Translations under genes and position numbers: made by a program
The notes under the pieces: model-generated
The model's input: only the letters and a program-made list of their open reading frames with translations
The model's database searches: none
What the model was told of the DNA's origin: nothing
Assembly (NCBI GenBank): GCA_020059745.1
Contig: JAGVBK010000003.1
Location: forward strand, 1,123 to 65,122
Direction of reading: 5' to 3'
Origin: Candidatus Shapirobacteria bacterium
GTDB lineage: Bacteria > Patescibacteriota > Microgenomatia > UM-FILTER-40-11
Length of the DNA: 64,000 nucleotides
Part shown: one piece after another, positions 38,461-48,370 of the stretch
Layout: each line of letters begins with the position of its first letter
How positions within the stretch are numbered: position 1 is the stretch's first letter

Positions 38461-39381
38461 ATGTCTGCCCTTTGGCATTTATTCTTACCTCATCACAAAA
38501 ACAATCACAAAGCTAACTTACTAAAGCCTTATTCAATTCTTTTAGTTTCCGTATTTTTTGTCTTTTTTCAGGTTTTTTTGAGCTTTTTTATGATGGCCAA
38601 TCCGGCGGTTTTGGGATATTCGGCCAATATTTCTCCTGAAAAAATAATTGAACTTACGAACCTGGAAAGAGCTGGTTTGGGCCTTTCTCCGCTTAAACAT
38701 AACGGCTTGCTTTCGGAGGCAGCCAGACAAAAGGCGGCTGACATGTTTGCCTTTAATTACTGGGCTCATGTTTCCCCTTCAGGAAGAACGCCCTGGTCTT
38801 TTTTCTCAGATGTAGGCTATAAATATCAATATGCGGGCGAAAACCTGGCCCGGGATTTTAGAGACCCTGATTCAGTAGTTCGGGCTTGGATGAACTCGCC
38901 TTCTCACCGGGAAAATATTGTCAATGGGAAATATTCGGAAATCGGGGTTGCGGTTGTAGACGGCAGCCTTCAAGGAGCGGAAACTACGCTGGTAGTCCAG
39001 CTTTTCGGCACTCCTTACGGTGCTTCTGTTCCAAAGGTTGAACAACAGCCTAAACCCGCAGAAAAACCGGCAAAGCAGCCTGAGGCTGTAGCTCAGAAGC
39101 CTGAGGAAGTTTCTGAATTAGAGCAAAGACCGGTTGCCTCAAAAGAGGTTTTATCTCAGGGAGAAAAGCTTAAGCTTTCTCCTGTTGCCAGCCCGCTTGA
39201 CCTTACTAAAGCCATGGTAATCTTTATTGTCGGCATTCTAATTGGCGCTTTTGCCGCTGATTTGATTCTTGTTTCCCATAATCACACTCCCAGGCTATCA
39301 AGCAGAAGCTTGGCACAAATGCTCTTCCTTTTCTTTGTTCTGGTTGCCACATTATTTATTAAGCAAGGAGCAATTTTATGA
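38461..39381 (+). CDS. CAP/SCP domain membrane protein
   Basis: LTN.ER..GLSPL..N..L..AA..KA.DM...YWAH.SP, AGENLA, WMNSPSHRENI. Confidence 0.9.
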   Translation: MSALWHLFLPHHKNNHKANLLKPYSILLVSVFFVFFQVFLSFFMMANPAVLGYSANISPEKIIELTNLERAGLGLSPLKHNGLLSEAARQKAADMFAFNYWAHVSPSGRTPWSFFSDVGYKYQYAGENLARDFRDPDSVVRAWMNSPSHRENIVNGKYSEIGVAVVDGSLQGAETTLVVQLFGTPYGASVPKVEQQPKPAEKPAKQPEAVAQKPEEVSELEQRPVASKEVLSQGEKLKLSPVASPLDLTKAMVIFIVGILIGAFAADLILVSHNHTPRLSSRSLAQMLFLFFVLVATLFIKQGAIL

Positions 39382-39650
39382 AAAAACTTATTGCTGATAT
39401 GAGGGAGCACTCAAACCATTACCTGGTTTTAGTTTTTATCCTTGCTTTCGGCGCTTTGGCTTTTTTCTATTTTCAAAGAATACCCCAAGTTCAGATTCTT
39501 TCTGTTTTTATTACCGCAGTTTTTTATGTTGTTTGGGGGGTGGTCCACCATCACCTTGAGGGTGATCTTCATTTGAGGGTTGTTTTAGAGTATGCGGCGG
39601 TGGCTTTATTGGGTTTTTTAATTTTATTAACTCTAATTAAGAGGGTTTAG
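39378..39650 (+). CDS. Small membrane hypothetical protein (3 TM)
   Basis: Hydrophobic; YVVWGVVHHH..DL...VVLEY. Confidence 0.75.
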   Translation: MKKLIADMREHSNHYLVLVFILAFGALAFFYFQRIPQVQILSVFITAVFYVVWGVVHHHLEGDLHLRVVLEYAAVALLGFLILLTLIKRV

Positions 39651-39651
39651 G

Positions 39652-40368
39652 ATGAAAGGGGTTATTTTAGCCGGCGGTTTAGGCACCAGACTTTATCCTT
39701 TAACTCATGTAACCAATAAACATCTTCTTCCCGTCTACGACAAACCAATGATTTATTATCCTATTCAAACTTTAGTTAAGGCTGGGATTAATGAAGTAAT
39801 TATCGTTACCGGCGGCCCTTTTGCCGGCCATTTTTTAAATGTGCTTAAAAACGGTGGGGAATTAGGGCTTAAACATCTTGAGTATGCATACCAACAAGGA
39901 GAGGGGGGTATTGCTGCCGCCTTGGCTTTAACAGAGGATTTTGCTGACGGTGATTCAATAGCAGTTATTCTAGGCGACAATACCACTGACGCCGATATTT
40001 CCGGAGCAGTAAAAAATTTTAAAGACGGTGTTCTGGTTTTTTTAAAAAAAGTGCCTGATCCCCAGCGTTTCGGGGTAGCTGTTTTTGACCAAAATGACAA
40101 AAAAAGACTAATAAAGATTGAGGAAAAACCCAAAAAGCCAAAATCAAATTTTGCCGTAACCGGTCTTTATCTTTATGATAACAGTGTCTTTGACATCATT
40201 AAAACTTGTCGGCCTTCGGTCAGAGGAGAGCTTGAAATTACGGATGTTAACAACTGCTATCTAAAAGAGGGAAAGCTTAATTGGTCTGAGCTCAAAGGCT
40301 TTTGGTCAGATGCCGGCACTTTTGAGAGCCTATTTCGTTCCAACGCCTATTGGGCTAGTAAAAAATGA
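39652..40368 (+). CDS. rmlA: Glucose-1-phosphate thymidylyltransferase (RmlA/SpsI-like)
   Basis: GVILAGGLGTRLYPLT..NKHLLPVYDKPMIYYP, LGDN, EEKP, RGELEITDVN, W.DAGT. Confidence 0.88.
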   Translation: MKGVILAGGLGTRLYPLTHVTNKHLLPVYDKPMIYYPIQTLVKAGINEVIIVTGGPFAGHFLNVLKNGGELGLKHLEYAYQQGEGGIAAALALTEDFADGDSIAVILGDNTTDADISGAVKNFKDGVLVFLKKVPDPQRFGVAVFDQNDKKRLIKIEEKPKKPKSNFAVTGLYLYDNSVFDIIKTCRPSVRGELEITDVNNCYLKEGKLNWSELKGFWSDAGTFESLFRSNAYWASKK

Positions 40369-41309
40369 CTGTTTTTAAAAGACATCCTGAAAATCCACTT
40401 ATAAAACCTAACCCCAAGCATTATTGGGAAGATGAAGCTGTTTTTAACCCCGGCGCTACTTATTTTAATAATAAGTTTTACATGCTTTACCGGGCAATTG
40501 GGGAGTATGACCACTATATTTCTTTTGTCGGGTTGGCAGTTTCAGAAGACGGGGTGCATTTTGAAAGGCAGGAAGAGCCGCTCCTAAAGCCGGAACGAGT
40601 TTATGAACAACATGGCATTGAGGACTTGCGCATTAACCCTCTTGACGGTAATTATTACCTTACCCACACAGCTTTAAGCAGGCCTGCCACCCAGGGAGGA
40701 GAACCGCACCAGGTGGGGCTTATTAGAACAGCTGATTTTGTTAAATTTGAGAGAATTGGGGTTATTACCCCAAAGGAGTTTTGCAGTCGAAATGCAGTTT
40801 TATTGCCCAGAAGGATTGACGGAAATTATGTGATGCTTCACCGCCCCCTTTATTTGACTAAGGAAAGGTATCCTAAAAACGGATATTATCCTACTGAGCC
40901 CGGAATTTGGATTTCCTATTCCAAAAATTTGGTTGATTGGGTTAATCACCAATTACTTATGGAATCTTGGTTTCCCTGGGAAAGCTTTAAGATTGGGGGT
41001 GGTCCGCCGCCGATAAGGACAGAGAGGGGTTGGCTTTTTATTTATCACGGAGTTGACCAAAACCGCTGTTACCGGGCCGGAGCAGTCCTTCTTGACCTTA
41101 ACGACCCAAGAAAGGTGATTGCCCGTTCCCGCTACCCGATTTTAGAGCCGGAGGAAGAGTATGAAAGAAAAGGAGATGTTCCCAATGTAGTTTTTCCAAC
41201 CGGGCTTGTTGAAAAAGACGGACTTCTTTATCTTTATTATGGCGCGGCAGATAAAACCTGCTGCCTGGCAACTGCGCCTCTTACAGAGTTTCTGGATTCG
41301 ATTGGCTGA
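40365..41309 (+). CDS. GH130 family glycosidase/phosphorylase
   Basis: NPLI.P..WE..AVFNPGA, LAVSEDG.HF, GIEDLRI, MLHRP, KIGGGPPP, GDVPNVVFP.G, YYGAAD. Confidence 0.9.
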   Translation: MTVFKRHPENPLIKPNPKHYWEDEAVFNPGATYFNNKFYMLYRAIGEYDHYISFVGLAVSEDGVHFERQEEPLLKPERVYEQHGIEDLRINPLDGNYYLTHTALSRPATQGGEPHQVGLIRTADFVKFERIGVITPKEFCSRNAVLLPRRIDGNYVMLHRPLYLTKERYPKNGYYPTEPGIWISYSKNLVDWVNHQLLMESWFPWESFKIGGGPPPIRTERGWLFIYHGVDQNRCYRAGAVLLDLNDPRKVIARSRYPILEPEEEYERKGDVPNVVFPTGLVEKDGLLYLYYGAADKTCCLATAPLTEFLDSIG

Positions 41310-42315
41310 CTTTTTCTTCCACAATATCAAGTTTAATTGCGGAAATATAGGCAAAAAGGAAACAGATGTTCGATTCTGCCCCCCTGTTTAGGTTAACACC
41401 ATAAGAAGTTAAACCGTCATAACAAGCAAAGTCTTCAGTAACCATGCAGGCTTTTTTAAGGTTGTTGCCAAAAAACCAGCTCCACCACATGGCTGCCTCT
41501 TTGAGGTATTTGGGGTCTTTGGTTGCTTTATAAGCCTTTTCAAGACAGCAAACCATGTAGGCAGGGTCAATTGGCTGCTGGTCGTAAAGGGCTTTTTCTC
41601 CTCCCTTGGGATACCAGCCGTTGCAGCCGATAGGGGCAGGGATATTATTGACCTTTGAAGTTTCAAGGAGAAAATCAGTTGTTCTTTGGGCAATTTCAAA
41701 AGCTTTTTTGTCTTTTCTTTTTAAGAAAACTTCCCACATTGCCCAGGGAAAAATGGCGTTTGCATAAGTTAAAATGTTTTCGAACCAGGGCCAGTCTTTG
41801 GTGGCATTTTTTTCAAACAAATCAACAAGCTTTTCAAAAAGTGTTTTTTCAAGCGGGCTTGCTTTTTCTTCTACGGTTAGGCCGATTAGGGCTTCGGACA
41901 TGGCCCGCGGAGAGTTCCAGGTCAATGCGTTTTCAGAAATACTTTTAACAATTGGGGCAAAATCTTCTTTCTTATAATTTCCGGTCTTATAAAGAGCCCA
42001 GAGAGTCATAGCGTAAGCTTCCTGAGCAGATATTGTCTTTTCGGAAGAGGAGTTGTCTTCATGCCCGCCCTTTTTTTCGTAGTAGAACTGATGTAAAAGA
42101 CCGTCTTTTCGTTTTGCTTTAGCAATAAAATCAAGGTAAATACCGCAAAGTTCCTGGTTATTGAAGGTGTGGGCTACTAAAAGCGCACGAGCCTGGTCTT
42201 CCAAAGCAAAGCCGTGAACCGGGTCAATGCGGTCGTATTTGGTGTGCTGATATATTCCCAAAGGACTGGTTAGTTGTTTAATCCGTTTTAGAGGATCAAT
42301 ACTTTCACTTTCCAT
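41281..42315 (-). CDS. GT4-associated six-hairpin-glycosidase-like protein
   Basis: GIYQH, EDQARAL, WPWFE..LTYANA, YDQQPID, WFFGNN, CYDGL...VNLNRGAES. Confidence 0.75.
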   Translation of the reverse strand: MESESIDPLKRIKQLTSPLGIYQHTKYDRIDPVHGFALEDQARALLVAHTFNNQELCGIYLDFIAKAKRKDGLLHQFYYEKKGGHEDNSSSEKTISAQEAYAMTLWALYKTGNYKKEDFAPIVKSISENALTWNSPRAMSEALIGLTVEEKASPLEKTLFEKLVDLFEKNATKDWPWFENILTYANAIFPWAMWEVFLKRKDKKAFEIAQRTTDFLLETSKVNNIPAPIGCNGWYPKGGEKALYDQQPIDPAYMVCCLEKAYKATKDPKYLKEAAMWWSWFFGNNLKKACMVTEDFACYDGLTSYGVNLNRGAESNICFLFAYISAIKLDIVEEKVSQSNPETL

Positions 42316-43513
42316 AAACAGTTCTTAAGAACCTAAAGATGTCGGTGTAGGCATCTGCTACCTTGACCCAGGTCATTTTTCGTCCTAAAAGATAAGAGCT
42401 ATGGGCCATTTTTTCCCTTTCTTCCGGATTTTCAATAAGGAAGTTTAAGGCTTCAGCCAGTTTTTCGGAATTGTTAAAAGGAACTAAAATACCCCTTTTG
42501 TCGTTTAGGTGTTCTTTGGCATAGGCAAAAGGAGTGGCAACACATGCCCTGCCGCAGCCTATGGCGTAAGCAAGCGCGCCTGAAGAAATTTGCTGAGGGT
42601 TAGTGTAGGGCGCGACATAAATGTCCATGGCCTGGATAATTGAGGTGAGCTCCTGAAGCGACAGGTATTTGTTAAGGAAGTAAACTTTGTTTTTTATACC
42701 CAGTTTTTCTGTCAGCTCCACTAGGCTTTCCCTGTATTTTTCTCCCATGCTCTCCTTAACTTTAGGGTGGGTTTCTCCGGCAATAAGGCCAATGACCTCA
42801 GTGTGCTTTTCTATTACCGCAGGCAATGCCTTAATTAAATGTTCATAACCCTTATTGGGGCTAAGTAAACCAAAGCTGCCGATAATAAACTTGCCCTCAG
42901 CGTCAAGCAGGCTTTTCCAGAGTTCGGAAGAGCTGAAAGGCAAATCGGGAATTCCGTGGGGAATAATCACGATTTTACCGGGTTCAACCTCATGCTTTTT
43001 TATCAGCCTTTCTTTTGGAGTCTGCCCCATGACTACCATTACCTTAGCAATCTCAGAAAGCTCTTTCAGGATTCTTTTTTGGTTTTCTGAGGGGGTATCA
43101 AGGACTGTGTGCAGGGTAACAACAAGAGGCACTTCTAAATGCTTGGCAAAATTAAGAATATATTCTCCGTCTTTTCCTCCGAAAATGCCGTACTCGTGTT
43201 GTATGCAAACAGCGTCAAAGCCTTCTTTGTTTACGTACTGGGCAGCTTTGACATAATCTTCTTTGTTGTCGTATTCAATTTTATAAGAAACTTCCCACGG
43301 GTAGTTTGGCTTTTCCCCCCAAGGGGTAACGGCAATAATTTCAGAAAGCTTATTAGGGTTAAGAAGGTTAACGGCCGTGGTTAAGTCCTTGGTGAAAGTG
43401 GCAATTCCGCACTTGACCGGGGGATAAGTACCGACAAAAACATTTCTAATGTCTTCCTGGTTTTCCAAAACAACCGGCATTTTGTTTTTAGTGATTTTGA
43501 TTTTTGTTTCCAT
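42305..43513 (-). CDS. GT4 family glycosyltransferase
   Basis: GTYPPVKCGIATFT, IQHEYGIFGG, IPHG, FGLLSPNKG.E, Q.SSG.LAYA.G.G. Confidence 0.92.
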   Translation of the reverse strand: METKIKITKNKMPVVLENQEDIRNVFVGTYPPVKCGIATFTKDLTTAVNLLNPNKLSEIIAVTPWGEKPNYPWEVSYKIEYDNKEDYVKAAQYVNKEGFDAVCIQHEYGIFGGKDGEYILNFAKHLEVPLVVTLHTVLDTPSENQKRILKELSEIAKVMVVMGQTPKERLIKKHEVEPGKIVIIPHGIPDLPFSSSELWKSLLDAEGKFIIGSFGLLSPNKGYEHLIKALPAVIEKHTEVIGLIAGETHPKVKESMGEKYRESLVELTEKLGIKNKVYFLNKYLSLQELTSIIQAMDIYVAPYTNPQQISSGALAYAIGCGRACVATPFAYAKEHLNDKRGILVPFNNSEKLAEALNFLIENPEEREKMAHSSYLLGRKMTWVKVADAYTDIFRFLRTVYGK

Positions 43514-43595
43514 AAAAAAACCTCCATAATTACTATAAGGTATTTAATTATATCAAATTAGTTCAAAAGAACAAAGTTTTAAGGCTAGTTTGAGG

Positions 43596-44327
43596 CTATC
43601 TTTCAAACTGCAAACTTAAGCCGCCGTCAACAGTTATGGTTTCACCGGTGATATAACCGGACAAAGTAATGTTGGACAAAAAGGCAACTGTGTCGGCAAT
43701 GTCTTCAGGAGCGCCGGTTTGCATGTTAAGGGGAATTCTTGGGTCTTCAACTTTTTTTTCAGTGATTCTTCCGGGAGCAATGCCGTTAACCCTGATTCCG
43801 TATTTTCCCAAATCATAAGCCAGTTCTTTTACCGTCATAATAACCGCGCTTTTGGTAGAAGAGTAATCAGCGTTTCCGCTGGGGATTTTTCCGTGGATGG
43901 AGGAGATAAAGATAATGGTGCCTTTTATCTTTTTTTCAATCATTATTTTAGCTGCTTCCTGGGAAAGAAAAAAAGGAGCAATTAAGTTGGTTTTGACTGA
44001 TTTTTCTAAGTCTTTAAGCTCCATTTCTAAAAATTCTTTCCCTGAACCAATGCCTACATTATTAACAAGAATGTCAAGCCTGCCGAATTTTTCCAGAGCC
44101 CCACTTGTAAGTTCTTTGCGGTATTCTTCTGAGGTAATATCTCCACAGGAGAAATAAAGGCTCTTTTCTTTGGTTTCACTTTTAAAAGCATCTATTAAAT
44201 CTTCATTAATGTCATTTACCAAAACAACGGCTCCCTTATCTATAAGTTTTAAGGCAATTTTTTTGCCAATGCCGCTGCCACCTCCGGTGACTATGGCAAC
44301 TTGGTTTTTAAGGCTTTTATCCTCCAT
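43596..44327 (-). CDS. SDR family oxidoreductase (FabG-like)
   Basis: TGGGSGIG, LDILVNNVG, YSSTK, RVNGIAPG, ITGETITVDGG. Confidence 0.92.
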   Translation of the reverse strand: MEDKSLKNQVAIVTGGGSGIGKKIALKLIDKGAVVLVNDINEDLIDAFKSETKEKSLYFSCGDITSEEYRKELTSGALEKFGRLDILVNNVGIGSGKEFLEMELKDLEKSVKTNLIAPFFLSQEAAKIMIEKKIKGTIIFISSIHGKIPSGNADYSSTKSAVIMTVKELAYDLGKYGIRVNGIAPGRITEKKVEDPRIPLNMQTGAPEDIADTVAFLSNITLSGYITGETITVDGGLSLQFER

Positions 44328-44365
44328 ATATTGATTTTACCATTTGTTGTATAATTGCTACACCA

Positions 44366-45409
44366 ATGAACGTTTTAGTTACCGGCGGCGCTGGTTTTAT
44401 AGGTTCAAACTTCATTTCTTTTTGGCTTGAAAAATATCCCCAAGATAAAATTATTAACCTTGATAAGCTTACATATGCCGGCAACCTTTCTTCTTTAAGG
44501 GAAGCACAAAAAAACAAAAACTACAAATTTGTTAAAGGTGACATTTGTGAGGCAAACCTAATTGATAAACTAACAAAAGATATTGACTTAATTGTTCATT
44601 TTGCTGCTGAATCGCATGTTGACCGTTCCATACTTGGGCCTCAGGTTTTTGTGCAGACTAATGTAATCGGCACTCAGGTGCTTTTGGATGCTGCTCTGCG
44701 CAACAAAGTAAAACGGTTTCATTATGTCAGCACTGATGAGGTTTTTGGCGCTTTGCCGGACAAAGGGGAAGAGAAGTTCTGCGAAGACTGGCCTTTTCGG
44801 CCTAACTCTCCTTACGCAGCTTCAAAAGCTGCAGCCGACTGCTTGGTTAGGGCTTATTGCCAAACTTTTGGTTTGCCGGTAAGCGTTACTAACTGTTCAA
44901 ATAATTACGGTCCATACCAGTTTCCGGAAAAACTAATTCCTTTGGCAATTACAAACCTTATGGAGGAGAAAAAAGTGCCTGTTTACGGCGATGGTATGCA
45001 GGTTAGGGATTGGCTTTATGTTAAAGATCACTGCCAGGCAATTGATTTAATAGTTCATGATTCTGATTCAGTTGGAGAAACTTATTGTATTGGCGGCTTA
45101 AACAAAGACATTCCCAATCTTGAAGTAATAAAAAAAATTTTGAAAATTATGGAGGCAAAGGAGTCTGAGATTGAATATGTAAAAGACAGGCCTGGTCACG
45201 ACAGAAGATATAGCGTTGATTGGATAAAAGTTTCAAAAAAGCTGGGGTGGAGACCGGAAAACGATTTTGACACTTGGCTTGAGAAAACCGTTAAGTGGTA
45301 CAGAAACAACACTAACTGGTGGAAACCACTTAAGGAAAAACAAAAAGAATACTTTAAAAAACAATACTCTTCAGAGGAAAAGAAAAAAATTAAGAATTGT
45401 CGTTTTTAA
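44366..45409 (+). CDS. rmlB: dTDP-glucose 4,6-dehydratase
   Basis: [68 protein letters not shown]. Confidence 0.96.
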   Translation: MNVLVTGGAGFIGSNFISFWLEKYPQDKIINLDKLTYAGNLSSLREAQKNKNYKFVKGDICEANLIDKLTKDIDLIVHFAAESHVDRSILGPQVFVQTNVIGTQVLLDAALRNKVKRFHYVSTDEVFGALPDKGEEKFCEDWPFRPNSPYAASKAAADCLVRAYCQTFGLPVSVTNCSNNYGPYQFPEKLIPLAITNLMEEKKVPVYGDGMQVRDWLYVKDHCQAIDLIVHDSDSVGETYCIGGLNKDIPNLEVIKKILKIMEAKESEIEYVKDRPGHDRRYSVDWIKVSKKLGWRPENDFDTWLEKTVKWYRNNTNWWKPLKEKQKEYFKKQYSSEEKKKIKNCRF

Positions 45410-46118
45410 GAAGATCGGGCCGGTTTTCTTTTGTTTTTTCCAGGGCTTTTTGTTTTCTCCACTTTTCTATTTCAGCATGATTGCCGGAAAGAAGCACTTT
45501 GGGCACTTTAAGGCCACGGAAATCCTCAGGATGGGTGTATTGGGGATACTCTAACATTAATTTTAAATCTTGCCTGTCGGCAGACAGGTTTTTAATTTTT
45601 AATTTTAAACTATCAGAGAATGATTCATTTTGGGTTGCTTCGGGTTTTTCAAGAACTCCGGGAATTAATCTCACGATTGAATCAACTAAAACCATGGCTG
45701 GGATTTCGCCGCCGGTTAAAACATAGTCGCCGATACTGATTTCCTCATCAATAAAATTCATTACTCTTTCGTCAATCCCTTCATAACGGCCACAAATTAG
45801 GATTAAATGTTTTTTTTGGGAATATTCTTTGGCTTTTTTTTGTTGCCAGACTTTCCCCCTTGGACTAAGAAGAACCACTAAAGATTCTTTGGTTTTTAGC
45901 TCCTCAATTGCCTTAACGATAGGCTCTGCCATCATTACCATGCCGACCCCTCCGCCGTAAGGCCGGTCATCAACAGTTCCCCTTTTGTCGGTGGTCCATT
46001 TTCTTAAGTTGTGAAGGTTTATTTCTGCCAGTGATTTTTCCTGCGCCCGTTTAACAATGCTTTCGCCAAAAGGACCTTTAAACATTTCCGGAAACAGGGT
46101 AATGATATCTATTTTCAT
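45390..46118 (-). CDS. trmD: tRNA (guanine-N1)-methyltransferase
   Basis: [54 protein letters not shown]. Confidence 0.97.
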   Translation of the reverse strand: MKIDIITLFPEMFKGPFGESIVKRAQEKSLAEINLHNLRKWTTDKRGTVDDRPYGGGVGMVMMAEPIVKAIEELKTKESLVVLLSPRGKVWQQKKAKEYSQKKHLILICGRYEGIDERVMNFIDEEISIGDYVLTGGEIPAMVLVDSIVRLIPGVLEKPEATQNESFSDSLKLKIKNLSADRQDLKLMLEYPQYTHPEDFRGLKVPKVLLSGNHAEIEKWRKQKALEKTKENRPDLLKNDNS

Positions 46119-46201
46119 CTCTTGTTTATTTTAACACGGCAGTTATGCTATATTTAAATTATGGAGGCAATATTGCCTCTATAGTTCTTGAAAGGAAAAA
46201 A

Positions 46202-47344
46202 ATGAGAGTAGTCAACATGCTGGCCACCTATAATGAAAAAGATAATGTTGGCCCGATGGTGGAAACCCTGGAGAGGATTGCCAAAGACCTTTCTGAGGGG
46301 CAAAACCCTAAGTATGAATTTGTTAATTTGGTGGTGGATAGTCATTCTCCTGACGGGACCGGAGATGTAGTTAGAGAACTTGCTAAAAAGAGAAAAAACC
46401 TTTTTCTTCTGGAGACTCCAAGAGGGCTAGGGGTTTCTCTTATCCACGGCTACCGTTATGCCATGGAAGAGCTTAAGGCTGATGTGGTTATCCCTAACGA
46501 TTGTGACTTTCAGTGGGATCCGGAATTGATTCCGCAAATGCTTGAAAAAATTGAGGAAGGCTATGATGTGGTTGTTCCTTCCAGACATATTAAAGGAGGC
46601 AAAGATAATTTTAATTCCTTCAGAAAACTTACCCATTTTGTTTCCAACACTCTTTTTAACTACTACTGGGCAGGCATAAGGGAAGTAAAAGACCTAGCTG
46701 GAAATTTTAAGGCCATAAGAGTTAAAAATGTGCTTGATAAAGTGGAGCTCGACAAGCTTAATGTTAAGGGCTTTGTCATTCAGTCAACCATGATTTATGA
46801 GCTTTCCAAAACCGGAGCAAAGTTTGTAGAAATTCCGGCAGTTTTTGGGAATAGGAGAGCCGGAGAAAGCAAAGTCGGTTTAAGCAAACAATTTTTTAAG
46901 GATATTTTCGAAACCGTAAAAAACGCCACAAGAATAAGAATTGAGCGCTCGCGCCAATTTATTAAATTTGGAACAGTCGGCTTTATTGGTTTTATAGTTA
47001 ATTCTCTTGGGCTTGAGCTTTTTTACAGGATTGGCCTTGCTCCCGGAGTAGCCGCTGCTTTTGGCGCAGAGTTGGCAATTATTTCAAACTTCACCTTAAA
47101 CAATCTCTGGACTTTTTCCGAAAGAAAAATATTTAAACCGGCAGATATTGTTAAAAAGTTTTTAATGTTTAACCTGACTTCAGCAGGTGCGATTGCTATC
47201 CAGTTTATTGTAGTTGGCTTTGGAACCAGATTAACCGGGGACAGCCTAAGGCAGCTTTGGTTGGTGATTGCCATCGGCTTTTTTATCATTCCATACAACT
47301 GGTTTATGTATAACCGGGTTATTTGGAAGAAAAAAAGTGCTTAA
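46202..47344 (+). CDS. GT2 polyprenol-phosphate glycosyltransferase (DPM1-like) fused to a GtrA-like domain
   Basis: TYNEKDN, VDSHSPDGT, DCDFQ, F..RRAGESK; C-terminal FIKFGTVG..NF.LNNLWTF. Confidence 0.88.
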   Translation: MRVVNMLATYNEKDNVGPMVETLERIAKDLSEGQNPKYEFVNLVVDSHSPDGTGDVVRELAKKRKNLFLLETPRGLGVSLIHGYRYAMEELKADVVIPNDCDFQWDPELIPQMLEKIEEGYDVVVPSRHIKGGKDNFNSFRKLTHFVSNTLFNYYWAGIREVKDLAGNFKAIRVKNVLDKVELDKLNVKGFVIQSTMIYELSKTGAKFVEIPAVFGNRRAGESKVGLSKQFFKDIFETVKNATRIRIERSRQFIKFGTVGFIGFIVNSLGLELFYRIGLAPGVAAAFGAELAIISNFTLNNLWTFSERKIFKPADIVKKFLMFNLTSAGAIAIQFIVVGFGTRLTGDSLRQLWLVIAIGFFIIPYNWFMYNRVIWKKKSA

Positions 47345-48370
47345 TGATTTAGCACAAAAAATTAAATCCCAAAAATTATTTAAAAAGGAAAATTTCCTTT
47401 TATTTTTTTGGCCTTTTCAATTCCTTATTATTGGTTTAGTAATAGGCTATTTTGTCTCAAGAATTACTGTGGATAGATCCCATGATGTGGTCGGCGAGGT
47501 TCACCAATTCCAGGCTGAATATCCTTTTATTAACTCTTTAATGGCCTGTGATTTTTCAGAACAGAAAGCCTTAAAACCGTTTAAGGAAAAGATTAAAGAC
47601 TATATTGAAAACAGTAAAAAAAGAAATAAAGTTTCTCATGTTTCAGTCATTTTTAGAGACTTAAAAAAAGGAGACTGGTTCGGTGTGGAGGAAAACAGCG
47701 AGTTTATCCCCGCCAGTCTTCTGAAAGTTCCTCTTATGATGGCGTATTTAAAAGAAGCTGAAGAAAACCCGGGGATTTTAAGTGAAAAAATATACTTTGA
47801 TGGTGTGCATGAGTACACTACCACCAGAAACATAATTCCCACAGCCATTTTGGAAGAAGGAGACTACACAGTCGAAGAGTTAATAATGATGATGATTATC
47901 TATTCCGATAACGATGCTCTTGAGGTTTTGTTTAAACACATAAATAATTATAAGGAACTAGGTTCTTTTTACTTCAATTTGGGTCTCGGTCTTTTTGACG
48001 CGACACTTAAAGAAGGAGACGGTGCTGTTTCGGTCAGGTCATATTCCTCACTTTTTAGAATACTTTACAACGCCTCTTATCTTAACAAAAGAATGTGTCA
48101 AACAAAGCACTTGAAATTCTTTCAACGGTAGAATTTCGTGACGGTTTAAGAGCAAAATTACCTCCGGAAATAAAAATTGCCCATAAATTTGGAGAAAGAG
48201 GAACACGCGATGGTTTCCAACTTCACGACTGCGGCATTGTGTATTATCCGGAAAGGCCGTATCTTTTATGTGTTATGACCAGGGGCCAGGATATGGATAG
48301 CTTAAAAGAAGTGATCCAAGATATTTCATTTATGGTTTACAGCGAAGTATCAAAAAGCACTTACAAATAA
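47337..48370 (+). pseudogene. Class A beta-lactamase-like serine hydrolase split by a 2-nt frameshift
   Basis: PASLLK (SxxK) and YSDN in the first frame; AHKFG, HDCGIVYYP..PY.LCVMT in the second; atgTGtca at 48093-48100. Confidence 0.75.
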
